The notes under the pieces were generated by a model, which worked only from the letters and a program-made list of their open reading frames with translations, made no database searches and had not been told where the DNA came from. From Patescibacteria group bacterium (GTDB lineage: Bacteria; Patescibacteriota; WWE3; UBA101185; UBA10185), in the NCBI GenBank assembly GCA_016926555.1, contig JAFGOI010000004.1, positions 64,776-128,775 on the forward strand: DNA of 64,000 nucleotides, written 5' to 3'. Both the position numbers and the translations under genes were made by a program. Below are positions 19,440 through 30,160 of the stretch, in pieces. Within the stretch, counting starts at the first letter, position 1, and every line of letters starts with the position of its first letter.

Positions 19440-19853
19440 ATGCCAACAATAAATCAATTACTTAGAAAAGGAAGAAAAAGAAAAATAAAGAAAGCCAGTA
19501 CACCAGCTTTGAAAGAGGGTTTTAATGCAATAAAAAGGAGGCCAAAGTATTTTCCATCTCCTTTTAAAAAGGGCGTGGTTTTACAGGTAAGAACAGCGAC
19601 ACCTAAGAAGCCGAACTCCGCTTTGAGAAAAGTAGCAAGGGTGCGACTTTCTAATAAAAGGGAGGTTACCGCTTATATTCCTGGGGAAGGCCATAATTTG
19701 CAGGAACACTCTGTAGTTATGGTTAGAGGTGGGAAAGTACAGGATTTGCCAGGAATTAAATATACCATAGTTAGGGGTGTTTATGATCTTGCAGGCGTTC
19801 AGAATAGGAAATCTTCAAGATCAATATATGGTACAAAGAAAGCAAAGGACTAA
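19440..19853 (+). CDS. rpsL: 30S ribosomal protein S12 (with ~13-aa N-proximal insertion)
   Basis: '[13 protein letters not shown]...[55 protein letters not shown]'. Confidence 0.95.
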   Translation: MPTINQLLRKGRKRKIKKASTPALKEGFNAIKRRPKYFPSPFKKGVVLQVRTATPKKPNSALRKVARVRLSNKREVTAYIPGEGHNLQEHSVVMVRGGKVQDLPGIKYTIVRGVYDLAGVQNRKSSRSIYGTKKAKD

Positions 19854-19856
19854 AGT

Positions 19857-20324
19857 ATGAGAGGTAAAAGAGCCAAGAAAAGACCAATTAATCCTGATTC
19901 GCTTTACAAATCTAAGGTAGTTTCCAGAATGATTAATGTTGTAATGCAAGATGGGGAAAAGAGCATTGCGGAGAATATAGTTTGGAGCGCCTTAGGTAAA
20001 CTATCAGAAGATAGAAAAGAGGCGGTAAAATCCTTTGAGGATGCAGTAAAAAACGTAATGCCTCAACAGGAAGTAAGGTCCAGACGTATTGGGGGCGCTA
20101 CATATCAGGTCCCAATACCATTAAGACATGACAGGTCAGAGGCCCTCGCTATAAGATGGATTGTTCAAGCTGCTAGAAATAAGTCTGGAAAACCTATGGT
20201 AGAAAATTTGTATGATGAACTCAAGAATGCCCATGAAGGTATCGGGGATGCTATAAAGAAGCGTGATGATACTCATAGAATGGCAGAAGCTAACAGGGCG
20301 TTTGCTCATTTTGCGAGATACTAG
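19857..20324 (+). CDS. rpsG: 30S ribosomal protein S7
   Basis: '...AVKNVMPQQEVRSRRIGGATYQVPIPLRHDRSEALAIRWIVQAAR...RMAEANRAFAHFA'. Confidence 0.95.
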   Translation: MRGKRAKKRPINPDSLYKSKVVSRMINVVMQDGEKSIAENIVWSALGKLSEDRKEAVKSFEDAVKNVMPQQEVRSRRIGGATYQVPIPLRHDRSEALAIRWIVQAARNKSGKPMVENLYDELKNAHEGIGDAIKKRDDTHRMAEANRAFAHFARY

Positions 20325-20369
20325 CTTGGGGTATAATTTTCAGGTTACTTATTTTAGATTTAATTAATT

Positions 20370-22472
20370 ATGGTTGATAAGACAAATAAAACATATCCGT
20401 TAGAGAAAATAAGAAACATAGGTATTATTGCCCATATTGATGCGGGAAAGACTACAACAACCGAAAGAGTTTTATACTACACCGGAAAGTCTCATAAAAT
20501 AGGTGAAGTACACGAGGGTGACACCCAAATGGACTGGATGGAACAAGAACGGGAGAGGGGTATTACTATTCAATCAGCTGCTACAACATGTTTTTGGAAA
20601 GATTGCAGAATAAATATTATTGATACTCCTGGTCACGTTGATTTTACGGCAGAAGTCGAGCGCTCTCTGAGAGTTTTAGATGGTGGAGTTATTGTTTTTG
20701 ACGGATCTCAGGGTGTTGAGCCTCAATCTGAAACTGTGTTTAGACAAGCGTATAAATATTCTGTTCCGCTACTCTTTTTTGTAAATAAACTGGATAAATT
20801 AGGGGGAGATTTTTTCATGACACTTGACTCTATTGATGAGAGACTGACTAAAAAAGCGGTACCGGTTCAGTTGCCTATTGGGTTCGAAGGGACTTTTTCC
20901 GGAGTTGTTGATCTTATTGAGAGGAAAGCTTACAAATTTGAAGGAGATTTAGGTGAGAAAGTCATTGAAATAGATATTCCCGAAGACTTGAGGGATAAAG
21001 TCGAGGAATACAGGGGAAGGCTAGTTGAGAAAGTGGCAGAATCAGACGACACGTTGGTCGAGAAATTCTTAAACGGTGAGGAAATTAGCGTTGACGAAAT
21101 ACGAGATGGCTTGAGAAAACTGACGATATCTGCGGAAGTCTACCCGGTGTATGCTGGCGCTTCGCTCGCAAATATTGGTGTACAGCTCCTCCTTGACGGT
21201 GTTGCAGCGTATTTACCATCGCCAAAAGATAAACCTGATATCCCAGCTTACAAACCAGGTAGTGACGAGGGATTGACTTTGGTGGCCGACGAGAAGGGTC
21301 CTTTTGTCGCATTAGCTTTTAAGGTACAGACAGATCCTTACGTTGGAAGACTGGTCTATTTTAGAGTGTATTCGGGGAAGGTGTCTGCCGGAACTTACAT
21401 ATATAACGCTACAAAGAATCAAAAGGAAAGACTGGGACGAATAATACTCATGCATGCCAACAAACGAGAAGAAATCTCTGAGATTAAAGTGGGAGAAATC
21501 GGCGCAGCAGTAGGGATAGATGCCATTACGGGTGATACTTTGTGTGATGAAGGCAATAAGGCGGTTTTAGAAGCAATTACATTTGCGGAGCCGGTTATAG
21601 GTATGGTTGTTGAGCCGAAGAGCAAAGGTGATAGAGACAAACTGGCTACGGCTTTGAAAAAATTCCTTGAGGAAGATCCTACATTGAGAGTCAAAACTGA
21701 CGATGAGACTGCGCAGACAATTATGTACGGTATGGGCGAACTCCATTTAGAAATAGTGGTGGATAGGATGAAAAGGGAATTTGGTGTTGAAGTCAATACT
21801 GGTATGCCCCAGGTTGCTTATAGGGAGACAGTGCGAAAGACAGTTGAAACCGTTGAAGGTAAATATATCCGTCAGACCGGAGGTAGGGGACAGTATGGAC
21901 ATGTGATAGTTAAGATAGAGCCACTAGAGCGGGGAAAAGGATATGAATTCGAAAATAAAATTGTGGGCGGTGCTATACCCAAGGAATATATACCAGCGAT
22001 CCAGAAGGGTATGGTAGAGGCTGCCGAATCAGGTATATTAGCAGGTTATCCTATTGTTGATTTTAAAATAACTCTGCATGACGGTTCCTACCATGACGTA
22101 GATTCATCTGAACAGGCGTTTAAGATGGCTGCGATAATGGCCATGAGGTCTGCCCAGAGGTCCGCGGACTCATTTCTATTAGAACCGATTATGAGTGTTG
22201 AGGTAGTAGTACCTGAAGAATTTATGGGGGATATAATCGGAAACTTATCTGGAAAAAGGGGAAAAATAGAGGGAACGGAGAGAAGAGGTAAAGCCACAGC
22301 AGTACATGCTAAAGTGCCTTTAGCGGAAATGTTTGGTTATGCGACTGAAGCAAGAGGGATGACTCAGGGAAGAGCCAGTTTTACAATGGAACCGAGTCAT
22401 TATGAGGAAGTTCCTCAGAATATAGCTCAGCAGATAATGGAGAGTAAATCTGGGGTGACCCGAAAAGAGTAA
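20370..22472 (+). CDS. fusA: Elongation factor G
   Basis: G domain '[23 protein letters not shown]' and '[21 protein letters not shown]'. Confidence 0.97.
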   Translation: MVDKTNKTYPLEKIRNIGIIAHIDAGKTTTTERVLYYTGKSHKIGEVHEGDTQMDWMEQERERGITIQSAATTCFWKDCRINIIDTPGHVDFTAEVERSLRVLDGGVIVFDGSQGVEPQSETVFRQAYKYSVPLLFFVNKLDKLGGDFFMTLDSIDERLTKKAVPVQLPIGFEGTFSGVVDLIERKAYKFEGDLGEKVIEIDIPEDLRDKVEEYRGRLVEKVAESDDTLVEKFLNGEEISVDEIRDGLRKLTISAEVYPVYAGASLANIGVQLLLDGVAAYLPSPKDKPDIPAYKPGSDEGLTLVADEKGPFVALAFKVQTDPYVGRLVYFRVYSGKVSAGTYIYNATKNQKERLGRIILMHANKREEISEIKVGEIGAAVGIDAITGDTLCDEGNKAVLEAITFAEPVIGMVVEPKSKGDRDKLATALKKFLEEDPTLRVKTDDETAQTIMYGMGELHLEIVVDRMKREFGVEVNTGMPQVAYRETVRKTVETVEGKYIRQTGGRGQYGHVIVKIEPLERGKGYEFENKIVGGAIPKEYIPAIQKGMVEAAESGILAGYPIVDFKITLHDGSYHDVDSSEQAFKMAAIMAMRSAQRSADSFLLEPIMSVEVVVPEEFMGDIIGNLSGKRGKIEGTERRGKATAVHAKVPLAEMFGYATEARGMTQGRASFTMEPSHYEEVPQNIAQQIMESKSGVTRKE

Positions 22473-22662
22473 AAAGCAATATAGTACTTGAAAAACCCTT
22501 GATTTTCTTTATATAATCTGGTTAACTATTGCTTGCTGTAAAAACTAAATACCGTCATCCTGGACTTGTTCCAGGATCTTGGAAAACTGCCGAGGTCTCG
22601 AAACAATTTCGGGATGATCGGTTGGGCGTAAGTATCTATTTATTTTGTAAAGGAAAAGTAAG

Positions 22663-23844
22663 ATGCCAGCAGAATTTGTAAGAGATAAAGAACACGTTAA
22701 CGTTGGAACCATCGGTCACGTTGATCATGGAAAAACAACGTTGACTTCGGCTATTACGAAAGTATTGGCTGATAAAGGATTGGCTGAATTCACAGCCTTT
22801 GAGAATATTGATAAAGCTCCCGAAGAACGAGCAAGGGGTATTACAATCAATATTACTCACGTAGAATATCAAACTGAAAAGAGGCACTACGCGCATATAG
22901 ATGCCCCCGGTCATGCAGACTTCATTAAAAACATGATTACTGGAGCTGCTCAGATGGATGGGGCAATCTTAGTAGTATCCGCGCCGGATGGCCCTATGCC
23001 TCAAACCAGGGAGCATATACTACTTGCGAAGCAGGTAAATGTACCGTCTATAGTTGTGTACATGAACAAGACAGATATGGTAGATGATCCTGAACTTTTA
23101 GATTTAGTTGAAATGGAAGTTCGTGAGCTTCTTACCAAGTATAAGTTCCCGGGAGATGAAATACCCGTAATTAGAGGATCTGCGCTAAAAGCTTTAGAGG
23201 GCGATCCTGAAGCTGTAAAAAGCATTGAGGAATTAATGGATGCCGTTGACAACTATATTCCGACTCCGGTAAGAGAATTAGATAAGCCGTTTTTAATGCC
23301 AGTTGAGGACGTATTCTCAATTTCGGGAAGAGGAACCGTTGCCACAGGAAGAATTGAAAGAGGAAAAGTCACACTCAATGAGGAAGTAGAAATAGTGGGT
23401 ATTAGAGATACAAAGAAAACTGTGGTGACAGGTGTTGAAATGTTTAAGAAATCTATGAAGGAAGGACAGGCCGGAGACAACGTCGGAATTCTTCTTAGGG
23501 GTATAGGAAGAGATGATATCGAAAGAGGTCAGGTATTAGCCAAACCCGGCACTGTAAATCCGCATAGTGAGTTTGAATCTCAGGTGTATATTCTCTCTAA
23601 AGAAGAAGGAGGAAGGCACAAACCATTTTTTAGCGGCTATAGACCTCAGTTCTACATAAGAACAACTGATGTTACAGGCCTGGTTACATTGCCTGAGGGA
23701 ACTGAGATGGTGATGCCCGGTGACGATACAAGCTTCAAAGTTGAATTGATTACACCAGTAGCATTGGAAGAAGGAATGAGATTTGCTATCAGAGAAGGTG
23801 GCCAAACGGTAGGAGCCGGTGTAATTACCAAAGTAATTAAGTAA
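22663..23844 (+). CDS. tuf: Elongation factor Tu
   Basis: '[21 protein letters not shown]' and '[28 protein letters not shown]'. Confidence 0.97.
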   Translation: MPAEFVRDKEHVNVGTIGHVDHGKTTLTSAITKVLADKGLAEFTAFENIDKAPEERARGITINITHVEYQTEKRHYAHIDAPGHADFIKNMITGAAQMDGAILVVSAPDGPMPQTREHILLAKQVNVPSIVVYMNKTDMVDDPELLDLVEMEVRELLTKYKFPGDEIPVIRGSALKALEGDPEAVKSIEELMDAVDNYIPTPVRELDKPFLMPVEDVFSISGRGTVATGRIERGKVTLNEEVEIVGIRDTKKTVVTGVEMFKKSMKEGQAGDNVGILLRGIGRDDIERGQVLAKPGTVNPHSEFESQVYILSKEEGGRHKPFFSGYRPQFYIRTTDVTGLVTLPEGTEMVMPGDDTSFKVELITPVALEEGMRFAIREGGQTVGAGVITKVIK

Positions 23845-23855
23845 AGGTAAAGTAT

Positions 23856-23885
23856 AAGGCGCAGCTTTCAGCTGCGCCTTTCTAA
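23856..23885 (+). terminator. Rho-independent terminator / attenuator hairpin after tuf, abutting the rpsJ start
   Basis: GGCGCAGC-uuuca-GCUGCGCC (8-bp GC-rich stem) followed by UUUCU; the hairpin ends 8 nt before the rpsJ ATG. Confidence 0.6.
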
Positions 23886-23893
23886 TATAAGTA

Positions 23894-24214
23894 ATGGCAA
23901 AAGGCGGAAAAGAACAAAGAGTAAGAATAAAACTAAAGTCTTATGATTCAAGAATAATAGACTTGAGTGCATCAAATATTGTTGATACCGCTATAAGGAC
24001 TGGGGCTAAGGTTGTAGGCCCTATACCTTTGCCAACCAAGGTAGAAAGATTTACAGTAATTCGAGGTCCACATATAGATAAAAGATCTCGGGAGCAGTTT
24101 GAACTAAGAACGCATAAAAGAGTGATCGATGTATTGAATCCGACACCGTCAACTATAGATAATTTATCTAGATTAAACCTGCCAGCTGGTGTGGGTATAT
24201 CGATAAGGATGTAA
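23894..24214 (+). CDS. rpsJ: 30S ribosomal protein S10
   Basis: '[72 protein letters not shown]'. Confidence 0.95.
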   Translation: MAKGGKEQRVRIKLKSYDSRIIDLSASNIVDTAIRTGAKVVGPIPLPTKVERFTVIRGPHIDKRSREQFELRTHKRVIDVLNPTPSTIDNLSRLNLPAGVGISIRM

Positions 24215-24296
24215 TACTATCTTTTTTATTGATAATGATAGTGTTTAAAGAAAAAACTTAATAAATTTGTTAAAATAGGGTTCGTTTGTTGAAGCT

Positions 24297-24313
24297 GGCG
24301 CCCTAGGGGCGCC
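24297..24313 (+). promoter_or_regulatory. GC-rich perfect palindrome (7-bp stem, 3-nt loop) in the unusually long rpsJ-rplC spacer
   Basis: GGCGCCC-uag-GGGCGCC, then 'uaaauuuu'; the 117-nt AT-rich spacer contrasts with the tight packing elsewhere in the operon. Confidence 0.35.
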
Positions 24314-24331
24314 TAAATTTTGGGAAAATAG

Positions 24332-24811
24332 ATGCAGGAAATACAGGGAAGAAAATTAAATATGAGCCAGATCTTTTTGGAGTCGGGAAAGGTTGTTCCT
24401 GTGACGGTAATTGACTGTGAGCTTGAGTTGCATAACGGGGTGATAGATTCGGAAGTGGCTGTTACGGGGACTTCGAAGGGAAAAGGATTTGCTGGAGTTA
24501 TGAAGAAGTGGGGTTTTAAAGGGGGTCCAGCTACGGGAGGTCAGAAACATGATGCGAGGAAACCTGGGTCAATTGGGGCACAGACCCCGGGCAAAGTTTT
24601 TAAAGGAAAGAAGATGGCAGGTAGGCTTGGAAATGAGAAAGTTACCGTAACAGGTTTACGAATAGTCAAATTAATGTCCGATAAACATAAAATTATGGTT
24701 TCAGGCCCGATTCCAGGTGCCAGAAATTCTAAAGTGCTGATACGTTTGAGTAAGCCTATTGAGGAACCTGTAGATAGTTCCGTGGGGGATTCTTCTGCTG
24801 GCGGGAAATAA
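24332..24811 (+). CDS. rplC: 50S ribosomal protein L3 (short form, 159 aa)
   Basis: 'KGKGFAGVMKKWGFKGGPATGGQKHDARKPGSIGAQTPGKVFKGKKMAGRLGNEKVTVTGLRIVK'. Confidence 0.9.
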   Translation: MQEIQGRKLNMSQIFLESGKVVPVTVIDCELELHNGVIDSEVAVTGTSKGKGFAGVMKKWGFKGGPATGGQKHDARKPGSIGAQTPGKVFKGKKMAGRLGNEKVTVTGLRIVKLMSDKHKIMVSGPIPGARNSKVLIRLSKPIEEPVDSSVGDSSAGGK

Positions 24812-24815
24812 TATT

Positions 24816-25439
24816 ATGAAAGTTGATGTACTAGATATAAAAGGAAATAAGGTAAAAGATATAAATCTGAGCGACACAGTTTTTAAGGTTGTTCCTAACA
24901 AAGAGATCCTGGGACAATACTTAAGAGTATACCTGTCTAATCAGCGGCAGGGAACATCTCATACGAAGACAAGAGCGGAGGTATCTGGTGGTGGAAAAAA
25001 GCCATGGAGGCAAAAGGGTACGGGAAGGGCTCGGCATGGTTCTACAAGAAGTCCTATTTGGGTTGGCGGGGGTACTGCGCATGGTCCAAGGGCAAAAAGC
25101 TGGAGTTTATCTTTGTCAAAGGAACAGAGAAGGGCGGCTATGAGATCTGCGATATCCCAGGTTTTTGTGGATAAAAAAGCAGTAGTTGTGGATGAGATCA
25201 AGATAGATTCACCCAAAACTAAGGATGTCTTAGATGCGTTGGCAAGTCTGCTATCATGTGCTGACACACTAATTGTTTGGAAAGAAAAGGATGAAAATCT
25301 TTTTAGAGGGTGCGGGAATATTCCGAATGTATATCTACAAGGTGCGGACAATTTGAATGTTTATGATTTATTGAAGCATAAAAAGATAATATTGGTTGAG
25401 GATGCTGCAAAGTATTTGGAAGGGAAATACAAAAAATGA
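24816..25439 (+). CDS. rplD: 50S ribosomal protein L4
   Basis: 'GGGKKPWRQKGTGRARHGSTRSPIWVGGGTAHGP'. Confidence 0.92.
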   Translation: MKVDVLDIKGNKVKDINLSDTVFKVVPNKEILGQYLRVYLSNQRQGTSHTKTRAEVSGGGKKPWRQKGTGRARHGSTRSPIWVGGGTAHGPRAKSWSLSLSKEQRRAAMRSAISQVFVDKKAVVVDEIKIDSPKTKDVLDALASLLSCADTLIVWKEKDENLFRGCGNIPNVYLQGADNLNVYDLLKHKKIILVEDAAKYLEGKYKK

Positions 25440-25732
25440 GATTTAGCAATATAGTAGAAAAACCAGTGATCACAGAAAAAAGCTTCTCGTTGGCGAGTCA
25501 AGATAAATATGTTTTTAAAGTGAATCTCAAATCTGCAAAAAGTATTGTTGCCAAGGAAATAGAGAGGTTATTTGGTGTGGATGTTGTTAAAATTAGGACG
25601 TCTATAAGTCCAGGTAAGAGAAAGAGGATTATTGGGACAAGAAATTTTACGAAAACCCCAAAGTGGAAGAAAGCAACTGTTCAGCTAAAAAAGGGTCAGT
25701 CAATTGATTTAGTGGAGGCAGGAGAAAAATAG
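25436..25732 (+). CDS. rplW: 50S ribosomal protein L23
   Basis: 'IVEKPVITEKSFSLASQDKYVFKVNLKSAKSIVAKEIERLFGVDVVKIRT'. Confidence 0.9.
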   Translation: MRFSNIVEKPVITEKSFSLASQDKYVFKVNLKSAKSIVAKEIERLFGVDVVKIRTSISPGKRKRIIGTRNFTKTPKWKKATVQLKKGQSIDLVEAGEK

Positions 25733-26571
25733 TGATTAAGATATATAAGCCGACAAGTCCCGGTAGGAGGGCGCGAAGAATACTAAAACCCGATGTTGCC
25801 AAAAAGAGGCCTCTTAGAAAGTTGACAAAGGGTCTGAATAAATCGGTGGGGAGAAATAATGGTAGAATTTCGACAAGGCATAAGCAACGTGGCGCTAAAA
25901 GACTATATAGGGAAATAGATTTCCTAAGAGATAATGCAGGAATTTCTGGTGTTGTAGCTTCTGTTGAATATGATCCCAACCGAGGATCAAATGTGGCTTT
26001 GATTAATTATGCTAACGGGGATAAGAGGTATATACTCGCCCCGGAGGGTTTACATGTCGGTATGAAAGTAGAGGCGGGTGATTCTGTTGAACCCACAGTA
26101 GGAAACTGCATGGCGTTGTCCAATATCCCGCTTGGGATGGAGATTCACAATTTGGAAGTTAATCCCGGAGCTGGCGGAATTTTAGTTAGAGGTGCTGGTA
26201 ATTATGCTCAGATTACCGCAAAAGAGGAGAAATATGTTAATGTTAAGCTCCCTAGCGGTGAGATCAAGAAGTTTCATAAAGATTGTAGGGCTACGATAGG
26301 TTCTTTGAGTAATGCCGAAAAAAGAAATATAAAAATAGGGAAGGCAGGTATAAACAGGCTCAAAGGAAAAAGACCCTCTGTGCGTGGTGTTGCAATGTCA
26401 GATCCGAAACATGACCATCCCCACGCAGGTTCTTATAGTACAAGTGGAATTGGCATGTCTTCCCCGAAGACTCCTTGGGGTAAGAAAGCCAGAGGGGTGA
26501 AGACAAGAAAAAGAAAGAATACTAACTATACAGTTGTAAAAAGTAGGCATGATGCCAAGAAGAGGAAATAA
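25732..26571 (+). CDS. rplB: 50S ribosomal protein L2
   Basis: '[26 protein letters not shown]...[17 protein letters not shown]'. Confidence 0.95.
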   Translation: MIKIYKPTSPGRRARRILKPDVAKKRPLRKLTKGLNKSVGRNNGRISTRHKQRGAKRLYREIDFLRDNAGISGVVASVEYDPNRGSNVALINYANGDKRYILAPEGLHVGMKVEAGDSVEPTVGNCMALSNIPLGMEIHNLEVNPGAGGILVRGAGNYAQITAKEEKYVNVKLPSGEIKKFHKDCRATIGSLSNAEKRNIKIGKAGINRLKGKRPSVRGVAMSDPKHDHPHAGSYSTSGIGMSSPKTPWGKKARGVKTRKRKNTNYTVVKSRHDAKKRK

Positions 26572-26573
26572 AG

Positions 26574-26843
26574 ATGGCTAGATCACTTAAAAAAGGTATA
26601 TATGTGCAAGAAAAGCTGATGAAAAAAATAGAGAAAGCCAAATCCGGTGAAACTAGAGGTGTATTAAAGACATGGTCAAGAAGATCTACGGTGGTACCTG
26701 AAATGGTGGGTTTGACGATAGGAGTGCACAATGGAAGGAAGCATATAGAGGTATTTATTACAGAGTCTATGGTAGGCCATAAATTAGGGGAATTTGCTCC
26801 TACGAGAACATTTAGGGGTCATTCTTCGAAGAAGCAAAAATAA
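26574..26843 (+). CDS. rpsS: 30S ribosomal protein S19
   Basis: '[15 protein letters not shown]...[38 protein letters not shown]'. Confidence 0.95.
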   Translation: MARSLKKGIYVQEKLMKKIEKAKSGETRGVLKTWSRRSTVVPEMVGLTIGVHNGRKHIEVFITESMVGHKLGEFAPTRTFRGHSSKKQK

Positions 26844-26848
26844 ATAAT

Positions 26849-27208
26849 ATGGGATCACAAGTGTATGCGAAATACAAACAGGCTGCTATCTCATCCAAGA
26901 AGGTTGCACCAGTTATGGATCTAATAAGAGGAAAACTTTTAGAAGAGGCAAAAGTAACGTTAGCGTTTGATAAAACAAAAGCTGCAAAGATGCTGCTAAA
27001 AGTATTGAGGTCTGTGGAAGCTAGTGCCGTTAACAATAACAATTTGTCTAGCGAGAAACTGTATGTTTCGGAAGTATGGGTTGGCGAGGGTCCTACTAGG
27101 AAATGGGGTCGTTTTGCTGGCAGAGGCAGATATAGCAGGATTATGAAAAGGACTAGTAATATTTATATAGGTTTGTCAGAAAGGGAACAGGCGAAGAAGC
27201 CGAAGTAA
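26849..27208 (+). CDS. rplV: 50S ribosomal protein L22
   Basis: 'ISSKKVAPVMDLIRGK...EVWVGEGPTRKWGRFAGRGRYSRIMKRTSNI'. Confidence 0.92.
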   Translation: MGSQVYAKYKQAAISSKKVAPVMDLIRGKLLEEAKVTLAFDKTKAAKMLLKVLRSVEASAVNNNNLSSEKLYVSEVWVGEGPTRKWGRFAGRGRYSRIMKRTSNIYIGLSEREQAKKPK

Positions 27209-27211
27209 ATT

Positions 27212-27847
27212 ATGGGTACAAAGGTACATCCTATCGGGTTTCGATTAGGAATAACAAAAGATTGGTCCTCAAGATGGTTTGCCGGCAAGAGCAACTACGC
27301 AGATTTGGCTCTAGAGGATGTAAAAATAAGAGAGTTTCTGGATAAGAAGTTGGAGTATGCCGGTCTAAAGAGTGTTGATATAGAAAGAACGGAAAATGAG
27401 ATACAGATATTGTTAAAGGTTTCAAAGCCGGGAGTAGTTATAGGAAAAGGAGGAGCTGGTGTCGAAGAGATAGAAAAAGAGTTGAAGCAGATGACGATAT
27501 CCAGAAAGATTAAAATTACGGCGGAAGGAATAAGAGTACCGGAATTAGAATCCAGGTTAGTTGCTGAGTATATATCTAGGCAGCTAAAGAGGCGTGTACC
27601 ATATAGAAGAGTGTGTGTTTTTGCCACAAATGCAGCTATGGATAAAGGCGCTAAGGGTATTAAAGTGAGGATTTCCGGGGTTTTAAGTGGAAGTAATACG
27701 ATAGGGCGTTCCGAGAAATTTGTTTTAGGTTCTGTGCCACTTCAGACACTAAGGGCTGACATAGATTATGCGCAGGTTGATTGCATGCTTCTGTATGGAA
27801 CCATAGGTATTAAAGTATGGATTTATAAGGGAGAAGTGGAATTATAA
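27212..27847 (+). CDS. rpsC: 30S ribosomal protein S3
   Basis: KH domain '[23 protein letters not shown]'; '[20 protein letters not shown]'. Confidence 0.95.
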   Translation: MGTKVHPIGFRLGITKDWSSRWFAGKSNYADLALEDVKIREFLDKKLEYAGLKSVDIERTENEIQILLKVSKPGVVIGKGGAGVEEIEKELKQMTISRKIKITAEGIRVPELESRLVAEYISRQLKRRVPYRRVCVFATNAAMDKGAKGIKVRISGVLSGSNTIGRSEKFVLGSVPLQTLRADIDYAQVDCMLLYGTIGIKVWIYKGEVEL

Positions 27848-27851
27848 AAAA

Positions 27852-28259
27852 ATGTTATTGCCAAAGAAAGTAAAATTTAGGAAACAGATGCGAGGTACAA
27901 ATACAGGTATTGCTACTAGAGGTAACTCCATATCTTTTGGAGAGTATGCTTTAAAGGCTGTTGAGAGGGGATTGGTAACCTCAAGACAGATTGAAGCTGC
28001 TAGAAAGGCTATATCTCACAAAACAAAAAGAAGCGGTAAATTGTGGATAAGAATATTTCCGCATAAGCCTATTTCAAAGAAGCCCCAGGAAACTAGAATG
28101 GGTAGTGGAAAATCCCCAGTTGACCATTATGCCGCGATAGTAAAACCCGGAAGAATAATTTTTGAAATTTCAGGAGTTACAGAAGACATTGCGAAAAAAG
28201 CGTTCAGAAGGGCTTCGGATAAGCTTCCGGTGGCAACAAAGTTTATTTCTAATGATTAA
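27852..28259 (+). CDS. rplP: 50S ribosomal protein L16
   Basis: '[36 protein letters not shown]...[24 protein letters not shown]'. Confidence 0.95.
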   Translation: MLLPKKVKFRKQMRGTNTGIATRGNSISFGEYALKAVERGLVTSRQIEAARKAISHKTKRSGKLWIRIFPHKPISKKPQETRMGSGKSPVDHYAAIVKPGRIIFEISGVTEDIAKKAFRRASDKLPVATKFISND

Positions 28260-28260
28260 T

Positions 28261-28506
28261 ATGAATATAGCAGATGTAAGGAAAAAAACAGAGACCGAAT
28301 TAACAGAAACCTTGAGAGAGGTAAGAAGAGAATGTGAAAAGATCGTAAAAGATATTTTGCAGAATAAGGAAAAAAACGTAAAAAAGCTGGGATTTCTGAA
28401 GAAAGACATTGCAAGGTTAAAAACAGTGCTAAATGAGAGGAAAGATGATATTATGCCCGTTGTTGTGGACAAAAAGCAAAAGCAAAACAAGGAGGAAAAG
28501 AAATGA
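28261..28506 (+). CDS. rpmC: 50S ribosomal protein L29 (with K-rich C-terminal extension)
   Basis: ATG at 28261 immediately after the rplP stop: 'MNIADVRKKTETELTETLREVRRECEKI...'. The tracked ORF 28162-28506 is an in-frame upstream extension overlapping rplP. Confidence 0.85.
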   Translation: MNIADVRKKTETELTETLREVRRECEKIVKDILQNKEKNVKKLGFLKKDIARLKTVLNERKDDIMPVVVDKKQKQNKEEKK

Positions 28507-28751
28507 GTGCGAAAGTATTTAAAGGTACAGTAGTATCTGCAAAAATGCAGAAAACAGTTGTTATAGCGGTTGAAATGCCGAAAAGGCACAAGCTCTATGA
28601 CAAAGTAGTAAAAAAAACCAGAAGGTTTAAAGCTAGAGATGAACTGGGAGTTTCTGTTGGAGATTTTGTAGTAATTCAGGAAACAAGACCTTATTCAAAA
28701 AAGGTTTCATGGAAGGTTATAAAAAAGATCGATTCCGGGGAGGGTAAATAA
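28503..28751 (+). CDS. rpsQ: 30S ribosomal protein S17
   Basis: '[44 protein letters not shown]'. Confidence 0.92.
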   Translation: MSAKVFKGTVVSAKMQKTVVIAVEMPKRHKLYDKVVKKTRRFKARDELGVSVGDFVVIQETRPYSKKVSWKVIKKIDSGEGK

Positions 28752-29116
28752 TGATACCAGTAGGGGCTGTAATAAAACCGGCGGATAATTCGGGTGCTAA
28801 GAGATTGAAAGTGATTGGTATACCCGGTTCAAATAAGAAATTTGCGAATATCGGAGACATTATTACAGTTGTTGTAAGCGGTGTTACATCAGAAGGGTCT
28901 GTTACAGACCATTCTGTTGTGAAGGCTGTTATAGTTAGAACAAAAAAAGAAAAAAGAAGGAAAGATGGAAGTTACGTGCGTTTTGATGATAACGCTGCAG
29001 TTGTGGTTGATAAAGATAAGAATATGCTGGGAACAAGAATTTTTGGACCTGTTGCAAGAGAGATTAGAGATATAGGATATTTGAAAATCGCTTCTTTGGC
29101 AAAGGAAGTGTGGTAA
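28751..29116 (+). CDS. rplN: 50S ribosomal protein L14
   Basis: '[24 protein letters not shown]...'. Confidence 0.95.
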   Translation: MIPVGAVIKPADNSGAKRLKVIGIPGSNKKFANIGDIITVVVSGVTSEGSVTDHSVVKAVIVRTKKEKRRKDGSYVRFDDNAAVVVDKDKNMLGTRIFGPVAREIRDIGYLKIASLAKEVW

Positions 29117-29120
29117 ATAT

Positions 29121-29426
29121 ATGAAAATACGAAAAGGAGATAAAGTAAAAATTATTACAGGAAAAGACAGAGGTAAAGTTGGTACTGTTCTAAAGGTTTT
29201 GAAGGATAAACATAAAGTATTGGTTGAAGGTGTGAATGTGGTAAGAAAACATGTAAAACCGGGGAGTGTGTCTAAGGAGGGTGGGATAGTGAACATTGAA
29301 AAACCGTTGGATGTTTCTAATGTAATGTTTTTTAATGAAAAACTGAATCAAGGAGTTAGGCTTGGTTGCAAGATTATTGATGGTAAAAAGTATAGGATTT
29401 GTAAGAAATCTGGTGAGGTTGTTTAA
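29121..29426 (+). CDS. rplX: 50S ribosomal protein L24
   Basis: KOW motif 'MKIRKGDKVKIITGKDRGKVGTVLKV'. Confidence 0.9.
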   Translation: MKIRKGDKVKIITGKDRGKVGTVLKVLKDKHKVLVEGVNVVRKHVKPGSVSKEGGIVNIEKPLDVSNVMFFNEKLNQGVRLGCKIIDGKKYRICKKSGEVV

Positions 29427-29971
29427 TGCAATTAAAGGATAAGTACGAAAAAGAAATAGTGCCAAATAGTATGAAGGAGTTTAATCTGGACAACAGATTG
29501 GAGGTTCCGAAAATTAAGAAAATTGTTGTAAATGCGGGAATTGGTCCATTTCGGGAGAATAAAGAGGCGGTTGAATCCTTCGCGGATGAAATGAGTAATG
29601 TTGTGGGTCAGAGGATGTATCCTAGGAAGGCCCGATTATCAGAGGCGGGATTTAAAGTAAGAAAAGGAGATGTAGTGGGATATGCTGTAACATTGCGGGG
29701 TAAAAGATTGTGGGCGTTTTTGGAGAAGCTAGTTAAAGTTGCACTACCTAGGGTGCGGGATTTTAGAGGGTTGAGCATAAAAGCTTTTGATAAAAAGGGA
29801 AACTACTCGATTGGTATAAAGGAACATGTTATATTTCCTGAGGTTAATCCAAATACCGTCAAGGGAATTAGAAGTTTACAGATTACTTTAGTTATGGACA
29901 CGGATAATGTTGATTTGAGTAGGGCGCTCTTAGAGCAGCTTGGCGTACCGTTTTCAAGAGAGGATAAATAA
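29426..29971 (+). CDS. rplE: 50S ribosomal protein L5
   Basis: 'LQLKDKYEKEIVPNSMKEFNLDNRLEVPKIKKIVVNAGIG...RDFRGLSIKAFDKKGNYSIGIKEHVIFPEV'. Confidence 0.95.
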   Translation: MQLKDKYEKEIVPNSMKEFNLDNRLEVPKIKKIVVNAGIGPFRENKEAVESFADEMSNVVGQRMYPRKARLSEAGFKVRKGDVVGYAVTLRGKRLWAFLEKLVKVALPRVRDFRGLSIKAFDKKGNYSIGIKEHVIFPEVNPNTVKGIRSLQITLVMDTDNVDLSRALLEQLGVPFSREDK

Positions 29972-29972
29972 T

Positions 29973-30158
29973 ATGGCAAAAGAATCAATGAAAGCAAGAC
30001 ATAAAAAAGAAAAGAGATTTAAAGCAAGAGAATATAACCGATGTTCCCTTTGCGGGAATCCGAGGGGATATATTAGAAGATTTAAGGTATGTAGAAAATG
30101 TTTTAGGGAATTGGCTCTGAAAGGAGTTCTACCCGGTGTACGAAAGGCTAGCTGGTAA
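29973..30158 (+). CDS. rpsZ: 30S ribosomal protein S14 type Z (zinc-binding, 61 aa)
   Basis: ATG at 29973 directly after the rplE stop: 'MAKESMKARHKKEKRFKAREYNRCSLCGNPRGYIRRFKVCRKCFRELALKG' with the C-x2-C...C-x2-C zinc motif. The tracked ORF 29940-30158 is an upstream in-frame extension. Confidence 0.9.
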   Translation: MAKESMKARHKKEKRFKAREYNRCSLCGNPRGYIRRFKVCRKCFRELALKGVLPGVRKASW

Positions 30159-30160
30159 TT

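Noticed and set aside
22473-22662. Possible tRNA or ncRNA in the 190-nt fusA-tuf spacer (hairpin AUCCUGGA-cuugu-UCCAGGAU at 22557-22577)
   Set aside because: No cloverleaf, no GTTCRANYC T-loop and no anticodon-stem pattern could be found. The hairpin lacks a U-tract and is most likely an mRNA processing or stability element or a weak attenuator.
24332-24811. rplC as a truncated pseudogene (159 aa versus ~210)
   Set aside because: The conserved core (KGKGFAGVMKKWGF...PGSIGAQTPGKVFKGKKMAG) is intact and in frame. Short L3 lacking the extended loop is normal in reduced genomes.
28162-28260. Upstream in-frame extension of rpmC (tracked ORF 28162-28506) overlapping rplP. The same situation applies to the rpsZ extension 29940-29972 and the rpsD extension 3132-3164
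   Set aside because: The canonical N-termini (MNIADVRKK for L29, MAKESMKARHKK for S14 and MARYTGPK for S4) start exactly after the upstream stop codons. The extensions are artifacts of longest-ORF calling.
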